A DNA stretch of 64,000 nucleotides from Candidatus Tectimicrobiota bacterium (GTDB lineage: Bacteria > JACPUC01), in NCBI GenBank assembly GCA_016192455.1, contig JACPUC010000010.1:1-64000 (forward strand). Direction: 5' to 3'. The position numbers and the translations under genes were made by a program. Below, in pieces: positions 9,649-19,322 of the stretch (its first letter is position 1; each line of letters begins with the position of its first letter). The notes beneath the pieces were generated by a model, which was given only the letters and a program-made list of their open reading frames with translations, made no database searches and was not told the DNA's origin.

Positions 9649-11331
9649 ATGATGCTCGTCAAAGACAAGGAAACGGAACGGCTGCGGACCGAGGTGCTCG
9701 TCATCGGCGGCGGCATCGCCGGCTGCCTGGCGGCCATCCGCGCCAGGGAGCTGGGGTGCGACGTGACCCTGGTGGAGAAGGCCAACATCGGGCGCGGGGG
9801 CTACAGCCATCAGATGTCCGGGGTGCTCACCTACTTCGAGCCCAGCCGGGACGACCTGGACGGCTGGTACGCGGAGTGCGTGCGCGCCGGCCAGGGCATG
9901 GTGGATCAGGAGCGATTGGCGGGCATGGTGGAGGAGACGACGGCGCGGGCGCGCGACATGGTCGCTTGGGGCGTCCTCTTCCAGCGCCAGCACGAGGAGT
10001 TCATCCGCAACCCCGGCGTGGGGCACAAGCTGGGCCGCAACCTGTTGCTGGAAAACGGCGGCTTCCAGATGATGAGCGCCATCCGCGGCGAGGTGCTGCG
10101 GCGCGAGGTGCGCTGCATCGAGCGCGTCCACATCTCCGACCTCTTCAGCTCCGACGGCTGCTACCCCACCAAGGGGCGCGTCACCGGAGCGCTCGGCTTC
10201 CAGGTGCGCCGCGGGCGGGTCTACGTCCTCCAGGCGAAGGCGGTCGTCCTGGCCACCGGCGCCACCGACCTCTGGTACCTCCATGCCCCTTCCCTCAGCG
10301 GCGACGGACGGGTGATGGCGTATCGCCTCGGCGCCGCCATGCGCAACGTCGAGCTCGCCTACAACACGCCGAAACCGCTGCACTTCGACACGGCGCCGGG
10401 GGCCAACGAGCTCTTCGGGGAAGGCGCCTACATGGTGAACCGCCAGGGCGAGCGCTTCCTGGCGGCCTGGGATGCGGAGCGCATCGAGCGGGCGCCGCGC
10501 GTCGTCGTTGGCCGGGCCATCAACGACGAGTACTTCCACGGGCGCGGGCCGGTCTACCTCGATGCCCGTCACCTCTCCGAGGAAGCCCACGGGCGCCTGG
10601 AGAAGACCTTGCCGATCCTCATCAACAGCTTTGCCAAGGCGGGGCTGTCGCTGCGCCGGGATTTGATCGAGTACACGGCCGTCATCTCCGACCTCGGCGC
10701 CGGCGGCCTGCGGGTCGATCCGGTCGGCGCCACCACCGTCGAGGGACTCTACGCCGCCGGCGCGGTGAGCGACCATGGCGAGGACGGCGTGACGAACATC
10801 ATCACCCACGGCATGGAGGCGGCCATCGGCGGCTGGCGGGCGGGCGAGGCGGCGGCGCGCGACGCCGGGGCAAGCGACTTCACCGAGCTGCGCACCTCGG
10901 ACGAGGAGGAGTTCCGCGCCCGTCTCCGGGCCCCCTTCGAGCGCCCGGACAAGCTGACGGACCGCGACCTCCTGAAAGTATTCCGTGATGTGGAGGATCT
11001 CGCGGGGGTGCGGCGCAGTCAGGCGAAACTGGAGGAGGCGCTGGAGATGGTCGAGATGGCGCGCGGCGAGCTGCTCCCCGCGCTGCGCCCGCGCGACTAC
11101 CACCACCTCTCCGTGGTCCTGGGCTACGAGCACACCCTCTTCTTCGTCGAGATGCTGGCGCGCACCGCCCTCGTGCGCACGGAGAGCCGCGGCGGCCACT
11201 TCCGCTCGGATTACCCCCAGCGCGACGACGCCAACTGGCTGAAATGGCTGATCGTGAAGCCGGGGAAGAAAGGCATGGAGATCAACGCGGAGCCGGTGCC
11301 GGCGGGACGCTACGACCGGGCGGTCGCCTGA
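9649..11331 (+). CDS. FAD-dependent oxidoreductase, SdhA/AprA/AsfA-like flavoprotein
   Basis: VIGGGIAG, AVVLATG, GLYAAG, RTESRGGHFRSDYPQRDDANW. Confidence 0.88.
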   Translation: MMLVKDKETERLRTEVLVIGGGIAGCLAAIRARELGCDVTLVEKANIGRGGYSHQMSGVLTYFEPSRDDLDGWYAECVRAGQGMVDQERLAGMVEETTARARDMVAWGVLFQRQHEEFIRNPGVGHKLGRNLLLENGGFQMMSAIRGEVLRREVRCIERVHISDLFSSDGCYPTKGRVTGALGFQVRRGRVYVLQAKAVVLATGATDLWYLHAPSLSGDGRVMAYRLGAAMRNVELAYNTPKPLHFDTAPGANELFGEGAYMVNRQGERFLAAWDAERIERAPRVVVGRAINDEYFHGRGPVYLDARHLSEEAHGRLEKTLPILINSFAKAGLSLRRDLIEYTAVISDLGAGGLRVDPVGATTVEGLYAAGAVSDHGEDGVTNIITHGMEAAIGGWRAGEAAARDAGASDFTELRTSDEEEFRARLRAPFERPDKLTDRDLLKVFRDVEDLAGVRRSQAKLEEALEMVEMARGELLPALRPRDYHHLSVVLGYEHTLFFVEMLARTALVRTESRGGHFRSDYPQRDDANWLKWLIVKPGKKGMEINAEPVPAGRYDRAVA

Positions 11332-11370
11332 CGCACCACCATCGGCCTCAAGCAGAGGAACCGTATCGCT

Positions 11371-11604
11371 ATGGCGTTAAAGATTCAGCACATCGATCCC
11401 TACCGCTGCATCGGCTGCAACGCCTGCGTGCACGCCTGCCTGAACGACGTCATCCGCATGCACCGCGGCATCGCCGTCATCCAGCACCAGGAGGACTGCT
11501 CGCAGTGCTTCGCCTGCGAGCTCGACTGCCCCGCCGACGCCATCCGCCTCGGCGTCCATGCCCTGCCCGAGGAGCTGCTGCCGCCGTTCGCCAGGGCGGC
11601 GTGA
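11371..11604 (+). CDS. 2x[4Fe-4S] ferredoxin
   Basis: CIGCNACVHAC and CSQCFACELDCP. Confidence 0.92.
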   Translation: MALKIQHIDPYRCIGCNACVHACLNDVIRMHRGIAVIQHQEDCSQCFACELDCPADAIRLGVHALPEELLPPFARAA

Positions 11605-11651
11605 GCGGGGGCCGGCGCAGGCACCCGCACCTGGCGCGGGACACGCCTCTC

Positions 11652-11793
11652 GTGCGCTGTTTCTCAAATTAGTTGCAGAGAGTTGCGAGGGAGCCTCGCC
11701 CCCTCGCGCACGCCGCCTTGTGGGGGAGGTTCGCGAACCGCCCCTACGGCATGGGGGTGTGGGGAGCAAGGGTCCCCCACAGAATATATCCCC
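11652..11793 (+). repeat. About 140-bp dispersed structured repeat, copy 1, with a GTAG-type REP-like palindrome (11720-11747)
   Basis: Aligns end to end with the reverse complement of 17009-17152; core GGTTCGCGAACCGCCCCTAC. Confidence 0.85.
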
Positions 11794-11804
11794 TTCACAA
11801 AGCC

Positions 11805-12419
11805 TCAGGAGGCAGCCTGGCGCGGAGCCGCGTCGGGCGTCGCACTCCCGTTCCCGCCGTCTTCCCATGATCTCTCCCGCGGCCGGGTGATGATCACCCG
11901 ATGCGAGTCGGGCTGAAAGGTGCGGCGCTCGACCAGCTCGAGGTCGCGCCCGGTCACCCGCACCACCACCGCGCCCGGCTGGTGCTGCTGGATGTGGTGA
12001 ATGTCATAGGGCAGGAAGGCGCGCGCCTGCCCTTCCAGCAGGGTGAAGTGCTCGCTCTCCTCGAGGTCGCAGTATTCCGGGCGGCTGCCGTCGTCGCGCC
12101 GCCGATAGACGCCCATGTCGGTGCTCTGGCGGTAGACGCCGTAGCAGACCCAGCAGGGACCATGGTCGTGCGGCGGGCTCTTCATGGGCTTTGGGAAGAA
12201 GTGCACCAGCACCATGAAGCCGAAGTCGGGGTCCTTGTAGATGACGTTGCCGGTAGGGATGTGCTCCCCCTTCACGTAGGTCTCGACCAGGGAGGGATGG
12301 CGCAGGAAGGACTCCAGGTGCTCCTTGATCCGCCGCGCCGCGTCCTCCTGCCGCTGCCTGGCAAGGGCATGGCGCGCATCGCGCGCGAAGGCGTGCAGAT
12401 CATACGTCTGCTCAGTCAT
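11805..12419 (-). CDS. Cupin / cysteine-dioxygenase-like metal-binding protein
   Basis: PPHDHGPCWVCYGVY ... DIHH; start set at MTEQTY. Confidence 0.75.
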   Translation of the reverse strand: MTEQTYDLHAFARDARHALARQRQEDAARRIKEHLESFLRHPSLVETYVKGEHIPTGNVIYKDPDFGFMVLVHFFPKPMKSPPHDHGPCWVCYGVYRQSTDMGVYRRRDDGSRPEYCDLEESEHFTLLEGQARAFLPYDIHHIQQHQPGAVVVRVTGRDLELVERRTFQPDSHRVIITRPRERSWEDGGNGSATPDAAPRQAAS

Positions 12420-12738
12420 CAACCATCTCCTCATCAGGAAGGCTGCATCGTTACGAATGGATAGAACGATAGCCGGCCGTCCCGACTGCGGAGCATCGGG
12501 CGCAGCTTCGGACATCAGGGGAAAGGGTAGTCAATCTTCCCCGCCGCGGCAATGCTCGATTGTGGGGCTGGGCAGGGTGCTTGCGCCGTCTTCCACCTGG
12601 CATGAACGAAGGAGGGCGACCAAACGAACGTGGGGCGCAGACACGATCGCCTGCGCCCCACGCACGTGCACAGCCCGCCACAGCGGCTGGCGCCGACCCC
12701 GGCAGGGCTCGGCCCTCGCCGCTATGCCCATCGCTCTC

Positions 12739-13890
12739 TTACTCCTCCCAGAACTTCGCGGCGCTCTCCTTCTTGCCATAGTCGAAGAGATCATCCACCC
12801 AGACGAAGAACTTGTTGAAGGCCGTCGTCTTCTTGATGGTCCAGCGGGTCATGTCGTGGATTTTGCCGGGCACCTTGTTGAACGGGCAGGCGCGGATGCA
12901 GGTCATGCAGGAGGAGCCGTTCTGCGACCAGAAGCTGAAGCACTTCTCCGCGTCCACCGGCCACTTGGCCATGCCGGGGTTGTTCGAGATGCTGCGCCGG
13001 TCGGTGATGCGGTCGCCGTCCAGGATCGCCTGCGCCGAGCAGGTGCTGGCGCACTTCTTACAGGTCTCGCAGAACGCCTGCACGCCGAGGTTCACCGGCT
13101 TGTCATGGGCCAGGGGCAGGTCGGTGAAGACCTTCGAGAGGCGCACGCGCGGACCGTACTTCTCGGTGATGAGGAGGCCGTTGCGGCCCAGCTCGCCGAG
13201 GCCCGCGTCCACGGCCAGGGGGATGCTGAGGGCGGTGTCGTTGCCGCAGGGGATGGCCTTGTAGCCAAGGCCGCGGAGGAAGTGCCCCATGAGGCCGGCG
13301 CCGTAAGCCATCATCGAGTAGCCGAAGCCGGTGGTGCTGGAGGCAACGAGGGTGGGGGAGGACTTCGTCATCTCGTAGTCCATGGCGTGCGCCATGACGA
13401 TGGCGGAGGTGCACTCCGTCGGCGGCTCGAACGGGGTGTGCTCGCGCGTCCGCAGGTTGAAGATGTGGGAGTAGAACCAGCGCGGATCAACGGCGCAGAT
13501 GCCCACCAGATCGGCGCCGCAGAGTTTCGCCACCTTCTTCACCTGGCGCGCCATGAGGAGCGGGTCCTGCACCTCGATGCGGCCTTCGGGAAGCGAGCTG
13601 GTGAGCTTCGGGTCAACGCTCTGCCACGAAAAGAGGCCGTAGTTCGGTCCCAGGGTGCCGCGCGCGAAGCCGCGTTCGAGGTACCAGCTCGCCTCGTGCA
13701 GGGCGTAGTCCAGGCGCGTGAAGCCGGGGCGCGTCTGCGGCTCATGGATGCCGTAGAACTTCTTGCCGGCGGGAACCAGGGCGTCATCCCAGCGCGCCCG
13801 CTTGAAGGCTTCGTTCTTCTGGTCGAAGCGCTCCAGCGGTTTCTCGATATACTCCTCGTAGGTAGGCTTGTTCGAGTTCGTGCTCACCAT
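12739..13890 (-). CDS. rdhA: Reductive dehalogenase (cobalamin, 2x Fe-S) without TAT leader
   Basis: RFDQKN, GADLVGIC, RWFYSH, AGLGELGRNGLLITEKYGPRVRL, TDLPL, FCETCKKCASTC, KC..FW...CMTCIRACPFN. Confidence 0.88.
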   Translation of the reverse strand: MVSTNSNKPTYEEYIEKPLERFDQKNEAFKRARWDDALVPAGKKFYGIHEPQTRPGFTRLDYALHEASWYLERGFARGTLGPNYGLFSWQSVDPKLTSSLPEGRIEVQDPLLMARQVKKVAKLCGADLVGICAVDPRWFYSHIFNLRTREHTPFEPPTECTSAIVMAHAMDYEMTKSSPTLVASSTTGFGYSMMAYGAGLMGHFLRGLGYKAIPCGNDTALSIPLAVDAGLGELGRNGLLITEKYGPRVRLSKVFTDLPLAHDKPVNLGVQAFCETCKKCASTCSAQAILDGDRITDRRSISNNPGMAKWPVDAEKCFSFWSQNGSSCMTCIRACPFNKVPGKIHDMTRWTIKKTTAFNKFFVWVDDLFDYGKKESAAKFWEE

Positions 13891-14078
13891 CCCGCAACCT
13901 CCTCAACAAGCTCCTGATGCACCCCTGCGCGAGGCCCGCGGGCCTGGGGCACAGATGACCCACCGCGGCGTCGTTGCCGCTGCGCCGCCGCAGCACCGCG
14001 GCGGCGCGCACCACCTCTTGCCGCCGTCCACGCCCGCGAAGCGATGCCGACAGCTCGCCCGGCGCGGTGTCGCCCGGC

Positions 14079-15257
14079 CTACTCGAGGGAGCGGAACTTC
14101 CCCCCTTGGGCCTCCAGAAGAATCGTCGCTTTCTCCCCATCGCCATCCGCATTGATGGAGATCGAGGGCGAGGAGATGCCCTTGTACCCCTTCAGGTTCT
14201 GCCAGCCGTCGCGGAGCTTGGCGCGATCGGCCTGCAGGTCCTCCGGCTTATTGGAGATTTTCGAGGTTTCCATGATCATCTTGGTGATCATCACCGTGTC
14301 GTACATCGAGCCGGCTTCGAAGGTGGGGTTGATATCCTTCCCCTGGCGTTTGAGGAACTCCTGCACCCAGTCGCGCATGATCGGGTCGGGGCTCTGCACC
14401 CACATCGTCTGCGTGGTCATGAGGCCGTCCGCGGCGCTGCCGGCGATCTCGATGGAGCGCTGCGTCACCCCGATCGAACCCAGCATCGGCAGCTTCACGT
14501 TCTGCTTGCCGAGCTCGCGCATGATGAGGCCGCCGGCCTCCGGCAGCGACGAGAGCACCACGCCGTCGGGCTTGATCTCCTTCACGCGCGTCACCTGGGC
14601 GCTGAAGTCGACGTCCTGCGACAAGTAGGCGAGGCTGTCGAGCACCTTCACGCCGTGCTTGGCCAGGAGGGCAGGGAGAACCTGCGTCCCGTCGATCTTC
14701 ATGAGCGCCTCTTTCTGGTCGTAGAGGATGACGACGGTCTTGATCTTCTTGTCTTCCACCCACTTCTTCAACAGGCGTGTGTAAAGCTTGTCGGTGGTCA
14801 GGCTGTTGCGGAAGGTCCAGGGGCGGTTGGCGGCGGAGATGCCGGGCTTGGCGGACGCCGGCGAGACGATCGGCACCTGGGCCCGGTTGGCTACGGGGAA
14901 GGCCACCTCGCACTCACCGGAGGCGAAGGGGCCGAGGATGATCTGCACCTTGTCGCGCTCGATGAGCCGCTTGACGGCGTTGATGGCCTCGTTGGGCTTC
15001 GACTCGCTGTCGTACATGATGAACTTCGCCGGCACGCCGCCGATGCCCCCCTCCTTGGCGATCCGGTCCTTCACCATCTCCAGGGCGATGACAAGCTGCG
15101 TTCCGTAGAAGGACAAGGGGCCGCGCATCGGCAGAATGACGCCGATCTTCACCTCCGGACCGCTGATCGCCTGCGCCGGCGGAGCCCAGACCAGGAGCGC
15201 CAGGGCCAGCGCCCCCAGCATGCCGCTCAGAACCCTGTGGAGTCTCTTCCCTCGCAT
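14079..15257 (-). CDS. Substrate-binding protein, branched-chain amino acid (LivJ-like) family, without cognate permeases nearby
   Basis: Signal peptide ending AQA, VKIGVILPMRG, YDSESKP, DFSAQVTRVK. Confidence 0.88.
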   Translation of the reverse strand: MRGKRLHRVLSGMLGALALALLVWAPPAQAISGPEVKIGVILPMRGPLSFYGTQLVIALEMVKDRIAKEGGIGGVPAKFIMYDSESKPNEAINAVKRLIERDKVQIILGPFASGECEVAFPVANRAQVPIVSPASAKPGISAANRPWTFRNSLTTDKLYTRLLKKWVEDKKIKTVVILYDQKEALMKIDGTQVLPALLAKHGVKVLDSLAYLSQDVDFSAQVTRVKEIKPDGVVLSSLPEAGGLIMRELGKQNVKLPMLGSIGVTQRSIEIAGSAADGLMTTQTMWVQSPDPIMRDWVQEFLKRQGKDINPTFEAGSMYDTVMITKMIMETSKISNKPEDLQADRAKLRDGWQNLKGYKGISSPSISINADGDGEKATILLEAQGGKFRSLE

Positions 15258-15334
15258 TGTCGTTCCTCCTCCCCTGAGTCCGCGAACCGCCTTGCCGAGC
15301 TGTACCTGCCCCCGCTCTACAACCAACGTCACCG

Positions 15335-16927
15335 TTAGTCAAGGCAGACGTCGCGCCGCGGCCACCAGCGCGGAATGCCGTAGTCCTCGCAGATGACCCC
15401 TGCCGTGATGTACCCGGGGTAGCCCCGCAGGTTGCCGCCGGGATGCACGTGCGAGCCGCAGAGGTAAAGGTTGGGGATGGCGGTGCGGTAGGGGGGACGG
15501 TTCTCCATGAGCTGGCTGGCCTTGTAGCTGATGCCGCTGAAGGCGCCGCGGCGCATGTTGACGAGGGTGCGCTCGATGTCCAGCGGGGAGTAGGCGATCT
15601 TGCCCAGGATGTTGGCCTCGTCGAGGTTGTCGGCATGGTCGCGCCAGGTCTTCAGGCAGCGCTCCATCTGCACCATCTTCAGGTCGTCCCAGCGCGCCGC
15701 GCCGCCGTCCTTCAGCTCGTAAGGGGCGGGCTGCCAGAGGTAGGAGACATGGCCGCCGTTGCGCGGCCCCTGGGTGCGGTCGAAGATCGTCATGCAGCCG
15801 GCGCCGAAGCTCGCCTCGCTGGCCACCTCGCCGCTGCGCAGCATGCGCCGCGCCTCGGGGATGCGGTCGAAGGTGGGGTGGCCGACGTTCCACTTGATGG
15901 CGCGGTCCACGTCGGGGTTCTTCTTTGCCGCATGGTGACGCGGCGGCTCCTTCATGGCGAGGTAGACGCCGAAGATGCTCAGCTCGCTCATCTCGTAGCC
16001 GCGCATGCGGGCGGCGAAGGCGGCCTGCTCGGAGGAGAGGGCGGCGCCATCGAGGAGGGTGCCGAAGGTCTGCTCGAGGTCGATGTTGCTGACGACGCAC
16101 TTCTTGGCGCGGAAGGTGCGGCCGTCGCTGGTGCGCACGCCGACGGCGCGGCCGTCCTCGAGGAGAATCTCCCGCACCGGCGCGTGTTCGAGGAGCAGGC
16201 CGTTGTTCTGCGCTATGATGTGCTCGAGGGCGTGGGAGAGGTCGTGGCTTCCCCCCTTGCAGACGGTGAGGTGCGTCCAGCCGCGGAAGTTCTTGATCAG
16301 CGTGCCGTCGATGCCCGGCTCATCGGGAAGCGAGCTGGGGGCGTCGATCATGTAGATGAGGAGACACTTCAGGATGTCCGTCTCGAAAATCTCGTCCGCC
16401 ACCTCCAGGGGGGTGCGCTTGATGATCGACAGGTAGCGGCGGCCATCGGCGCTCTTCGAGTAGAGGGCCTGCCGCTCCGCCATGGGGCGCGGCGGGTTGA
16501 GCCACTCGGGGATGGCGAACTTCTCCGCCAGGCGGACCCACTCGTGCCCCACCTCGCGGTAGACCTTGGCGTCGCGCTGCGAGAACTGGGCGATCGACTT
16601 GCAGGTCAGCTCGATGTCGTCGTAAACCACCAGGGCGCGCCCGTCGGGCAGAATCTGGGCGATCTTCGCGGGGGGCGTGAGGAGGGTGCAGTACTTCGGC
16701 AGCTCGAGGTCGGTGACCACGGGGGAGTAAGCGAAGTCGCTGAAGTTCGTGGCGTGGTGGTTGACGTAGAAGCCCGGCACGCCCGGGAACTCGATGCTGC
16801 ACAAGCCGCCGCCGAACTCCATGCGCCGCTCCAGCAGCAGCACCCGCTCGCCGGCCTTGCCGAGGTAGCCGGCCAGGATCATGGCGTTGTGCCCCGATCC
16901 GATGATGATGACGTCGAAGTCGCTCAT
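15335..16927 (-). CDS. Phytoene-desaturase-like (COG1233) FAD oxidoreductase, paralog 1
   Basis: IIIGSGHN, LERRMEFGGG, NLYLCGSHVHPGG; start set at MSDFDV. Confidence 0.88.
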   Translation of the reverse strand: MSDFDVIIIGSGHNAMILAGYLGKAGERVLLLERRMEFGGGLCSIEFPGVPGFYVNHHATNFSDFAYSPVVTDLELPKYCTLLTPPAKIAQILPDGRALVVYDDIELTCKSIAQFSQRDAKVYREVGHEWVRLAEKFAIPEWLNPPRPMAERQALYSKSADGRRYLSIIKRTPLEVADEIFETDILKCLLIYMIDAPSSLPDEPGIDGTLIKNFRGWTHLTVCKGGSHDLSHALEHIIAQNNGLLLEHAPVREILLEDGRAVGVRTSDGRTFRAKKCVVSNIDLEQTFGTLLDGAALSSEQAAFAARMRGYEMSELSIFGVYLAMKEPPRHHAAKKNPDVDRAIKWNVGHPTFDRIPEARRMLRSGEVASEASFGAGCMTIFDRTQGPRNGGHVSYLWQPAPYELKDGGAARWDDLKMVQMERCLKTWRDHADNLDEANILGKIAYSPLDIERTLVNMRRGAFSGISYKASQLMENRPPYRTAIPNLYLCGSHVHPGGNLRGYPGYITAGVICEDYGIPRWWPRRDVCLD

Positions 16928-17008
16928 GCCGTTTCCTCCTCGGCAGGCGCCGCTCCTGTTACGCCGCACACGTTCGATGCTGAATTCGACGCCTTGCTCG
17001 CGCCATGT

Positions 17009-17152
17009 GGGGGGGGGAATTTTTGTGGGGACCCTTGCTCCCCCACACCTCCATGCCGTAGGGACGGTTCGCGAACCGCCCCTACAAGGCGGGGTGCGCG
17101 AGGGGGCGCGGCTCCCTCGCAAATCTCCGCGATCTCATTTGAGCAACCGCAC
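17009..17152 (-). repeat. About 140-bp dispersed structured repeat, copy 2, inverted relative to copy 1
   Basis: Core GTAGGGACGGTTCGCGAACCGCCCCTAC at 17058-17085. Confidence 0.85.
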
Positions 17153-17153
17153 C

Positions 17154-17660
17154 CTAGGTTTCGTCAAGGACCTTGATGTTGCTGTTCAGAATCCGCGCCA
17201 CGTTGCTGATGAACTGCCCCTCGAGTTGGTTGCGCTTGCTCTTCAGGACCGCCTCGAAGATGCGCCGCAGCCGCCCCACCGCCTCGACGTCGATGGTGTA
17301 GACGATGCACGTCTGCTCCTCGCCCTGGGGGCTGAGGTCGAGCTGAATCTCCACCTGGGCGGTGGCGCCCTTATCGACGTCGCGCACGCGCTGGGCGAAG
17401 GCTTCGCCGGAATACGACACGCCGTGGGCGCGCAGGCGCGCCGGCGGCCGGCGCTCGGTGACCGTCATGTGGGCGCGGTTCTCGACCGGAATGAGGCCGA
17501 TCTTCAGCCGCATGAGGAGCTCGACGTTGTCCTCGTCGATCTGCTGGTGCCCCTCGCAGGTGGGCACGCAGGACGCCAGCGTCGAGACGTCGTTGAAGAA
17601 GGTCCACACTTTCGCGATCGGCACGTCAGCGAGCAGGCGGTTATGGAGCGTCAGTTTCAT
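17154..17660 (-). CDS. CoxG / SRPBCC (START-fold) protein
   Basis: VWTFFNDVSTLASCVPTCE pattern typical of CoxG. Confidence 0.8.
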   Translation of the reverse strand: MKLTLHNRLLADVPIAKVWTFFNDVSTLASCVPTCEGHQQIDEDNVELLMRLKIGLIPVENRAHMTVTERRPPARLRAHGVSYSGEAFAQRVRDVDKGATAQVEIQLDLSPQGEEQTCIVYTIDVEAVGRLRRIFEAVLKSKRNQLEGQFISNVARILNSNIKVLDET

Positions 17661-17669
17661 GCCACGGCC

Positions 17670-19238
17670 TCATTGAGCCAGCCCGAGGTCCTCGAGGATG
17701 ATGGTTGCGGCGTTCCCTCCGGGCGAGCCGATGATGCCGCCGCCGGGATGGCAGCAGGCGCCGCAGAGGTAGAGGTTCTTGATCGGCGTGCGGTGCTGGG
17801 AGAGCTCGGGGGAGGGGCGGAAGTAATCGAGCTGGTCAAAGGACATGCGCCCCATGAACACCCCGCCGTGACGCATGTTGATGAGCTTGCGCTCGATGTC
17901 GAGGGGCGAGTAAGCGACCCGCGCCAGAATGACGCGGTCCGTGAGGTTGGGGGCATACTCCCGCCAGGCTTCCAGGCACCAGTCGGTGAACTCCTCCTTG
18001 ATGGCGTCCCAGCGCTCGGCGCCGCCGTCGCGCAGGTGGTACGGCGCGAGCTGCCAGATGAGGGCGGTGTGCTTGCCGGGGGGCGCCTGAGAGCGGTCGA
18101 AGAGGGTGGGAACGCTGCAGAAGAGGGCCGGCTTCGTCGGCACCTCGCCGGCGCGCACCTGGGCCAGGATGGTATCGAAGTCGGCGGGCGTCTCCAGGCC
18201 GATGTTGAGCCTGAAGGCGCGGTCCACGTTGGAGTCGAAGGCGGCGGCGCGGTGCCGCGGCGGCTCCGCCAGCGCCAGGTGCACGCTGAAGAGGGAGAAC
18301 TCGTCGAGCTTGTAGCGCCCGACCCAGCGGCGCGTCGCCTCGTCGAGGTGCTCCGGCTGGAGGAAGACGTTGAAGGTCTGGTGGATGTCCACCGCGCTGA
18401 TGACGGCTTTGTCGGCGCGCACCTCGGCGCCGTCCTCCAGGACGATGCCGCGGGCGGCGCCGTTTTCGACGATGATGCGCTGCACGTGGCTGCGGTCGTG
18501 CAGGGTGCCGCCGAAGGTCACGAACGCCTTGCCGAGGGCATGCCCCAGCACGTGCGAGCCGCCCAGACAGAGTTGCGAGTGCTCCACCATGCTGATGACC
18601 AGGGGGATGACGGCGCCCACGCCATGGTAGTCCGGCAGGATGCCGCGCGGCACCGGCAACTGGTGGAGAATCAGCGCCTTCACCTCTTCGCACTCGAAGA
18701 GCTCGTCGACCACGTCGCGCGGGCTCATGCGGCCGAGGCGTAGGAACTCCCGCCCCTCGGGGCTCTTCTCGAGCATCTCCATCTGCTGGGTGGGAGGCAC
18801 GGCCGGCGTGAACAGGGCGGGAATGATGACGAGCTCGATGAACTCGCGGTAGGCGTCGTAGACCTCGCGGTACGTCGCGGCGTCGCGCTGCGAGAAGCGG
18901 CCGATGGAGGCGCAGGTATCGTCGATGGTGCGCGCGAAGGTGAGGGCCCGGCCGTTGCGCAGGGGCAGCCCGGCGGTCACCTCGGGGCGCGCGTAGCGGG
19001 CGTTGAAGCGCACCAGCTCCAGGTCCTCGTAGGGGGGCATGATGTTGATCGTATCGTGGAAGTAGGAGTGCAGGTTGTGGTAGAAGCCGGGGAGGGTGCA
19101 TTCCTCGGTGGAGAGGCCGCCGCCGTACTCGAGGCGGCGCTCGAAAATCACCACCCGCAGCCCCGCCTTGGCCAGGTAGCTGCCGGCGATGAGGCCGTTG
19201 TGGCCACCCCCGATGATGACGATATCGAACTCCGCCAT
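17670..19238 (-). CDS. Phytoene-desaturase-like FAD oxidoreductase, paralog 2
   Basis: [51 protein letters not shown]. Confidence 0.9.
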   Translation of the reverse strand: MAEFDIVIIGGGHNGLIAGSYLAKAGLRVVIFERRLEYGGGLSTEECTLPGFYHNLHSYFHDTINIMPPYEDLELVRFNARYARPEVTAGLPLRNGRALTFARTIDDTCASIGRFSQRDAATYREVYDAYREFIELVIIPALFTPAVPPTQQMEMLEKSPEGREFLRLGRMSPRDVVDELFECEEVKALILHQLPVPRGILPDYHGVGAVIPLVISMVEHSQLCLGGSHVLGHALGKAFVTFGGTLHDRSHVQRIIVENGAARGIVLEDGAEVRADKAVISAVDIHQTFNVFLQPEHLDEATRRWVGRYKLDEFSLFSVHLALAEPPRHRAAAFDSNVDRAFRLNIGLETPADFDTILAQVRAGEVPTKPALFCSVPTLFDRSQAPPGKHTALIWQLAPYHLRDGGAERWDAIKEEFTDWCLEAWREYAPNLTDRVILARVAYSPLDIERKLINMRHGGVFMGRMSFDQLDYFRPSPELSQHRTPIKNLYLCGACCHPGGGIIGSPGGNAATIILEDLGLAQ

Positions 19239-19322
19239 GCCCAATCCTTACGCGAGACGAGTCCTTGAAGGCAGATGGTAGCCTCTCAATGTCCAACCCC
19301 CAGAGGACGGCCCTCTGGGGGA

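Noticed and set aside
12447-12470. ATCGTT-N12-AACGAT inverted repeat upstream of the cupin gene
   Set aside because: Only 6-bp arms and a single occurrence, too weak to call.
12739-13890. Epoxyqueuosine reductase QueG
   Set aside because: Lacks the QueG YAxGxDYH motif and has RdhA-type RFDQKN and RWxYSH segments.
13891-14078. Cobalamin riboswitch upstream of rdhA
   Set aside because: No recognisable B12-element motifs by eye; an Rfam scan would be decisive.
11652-17152. Composite transposon carrying rdhA between the two inverted repeat copies
   Set aside because: No transposase or target duplication, the copies are diverged, and the gene cluster continues past the second copy.
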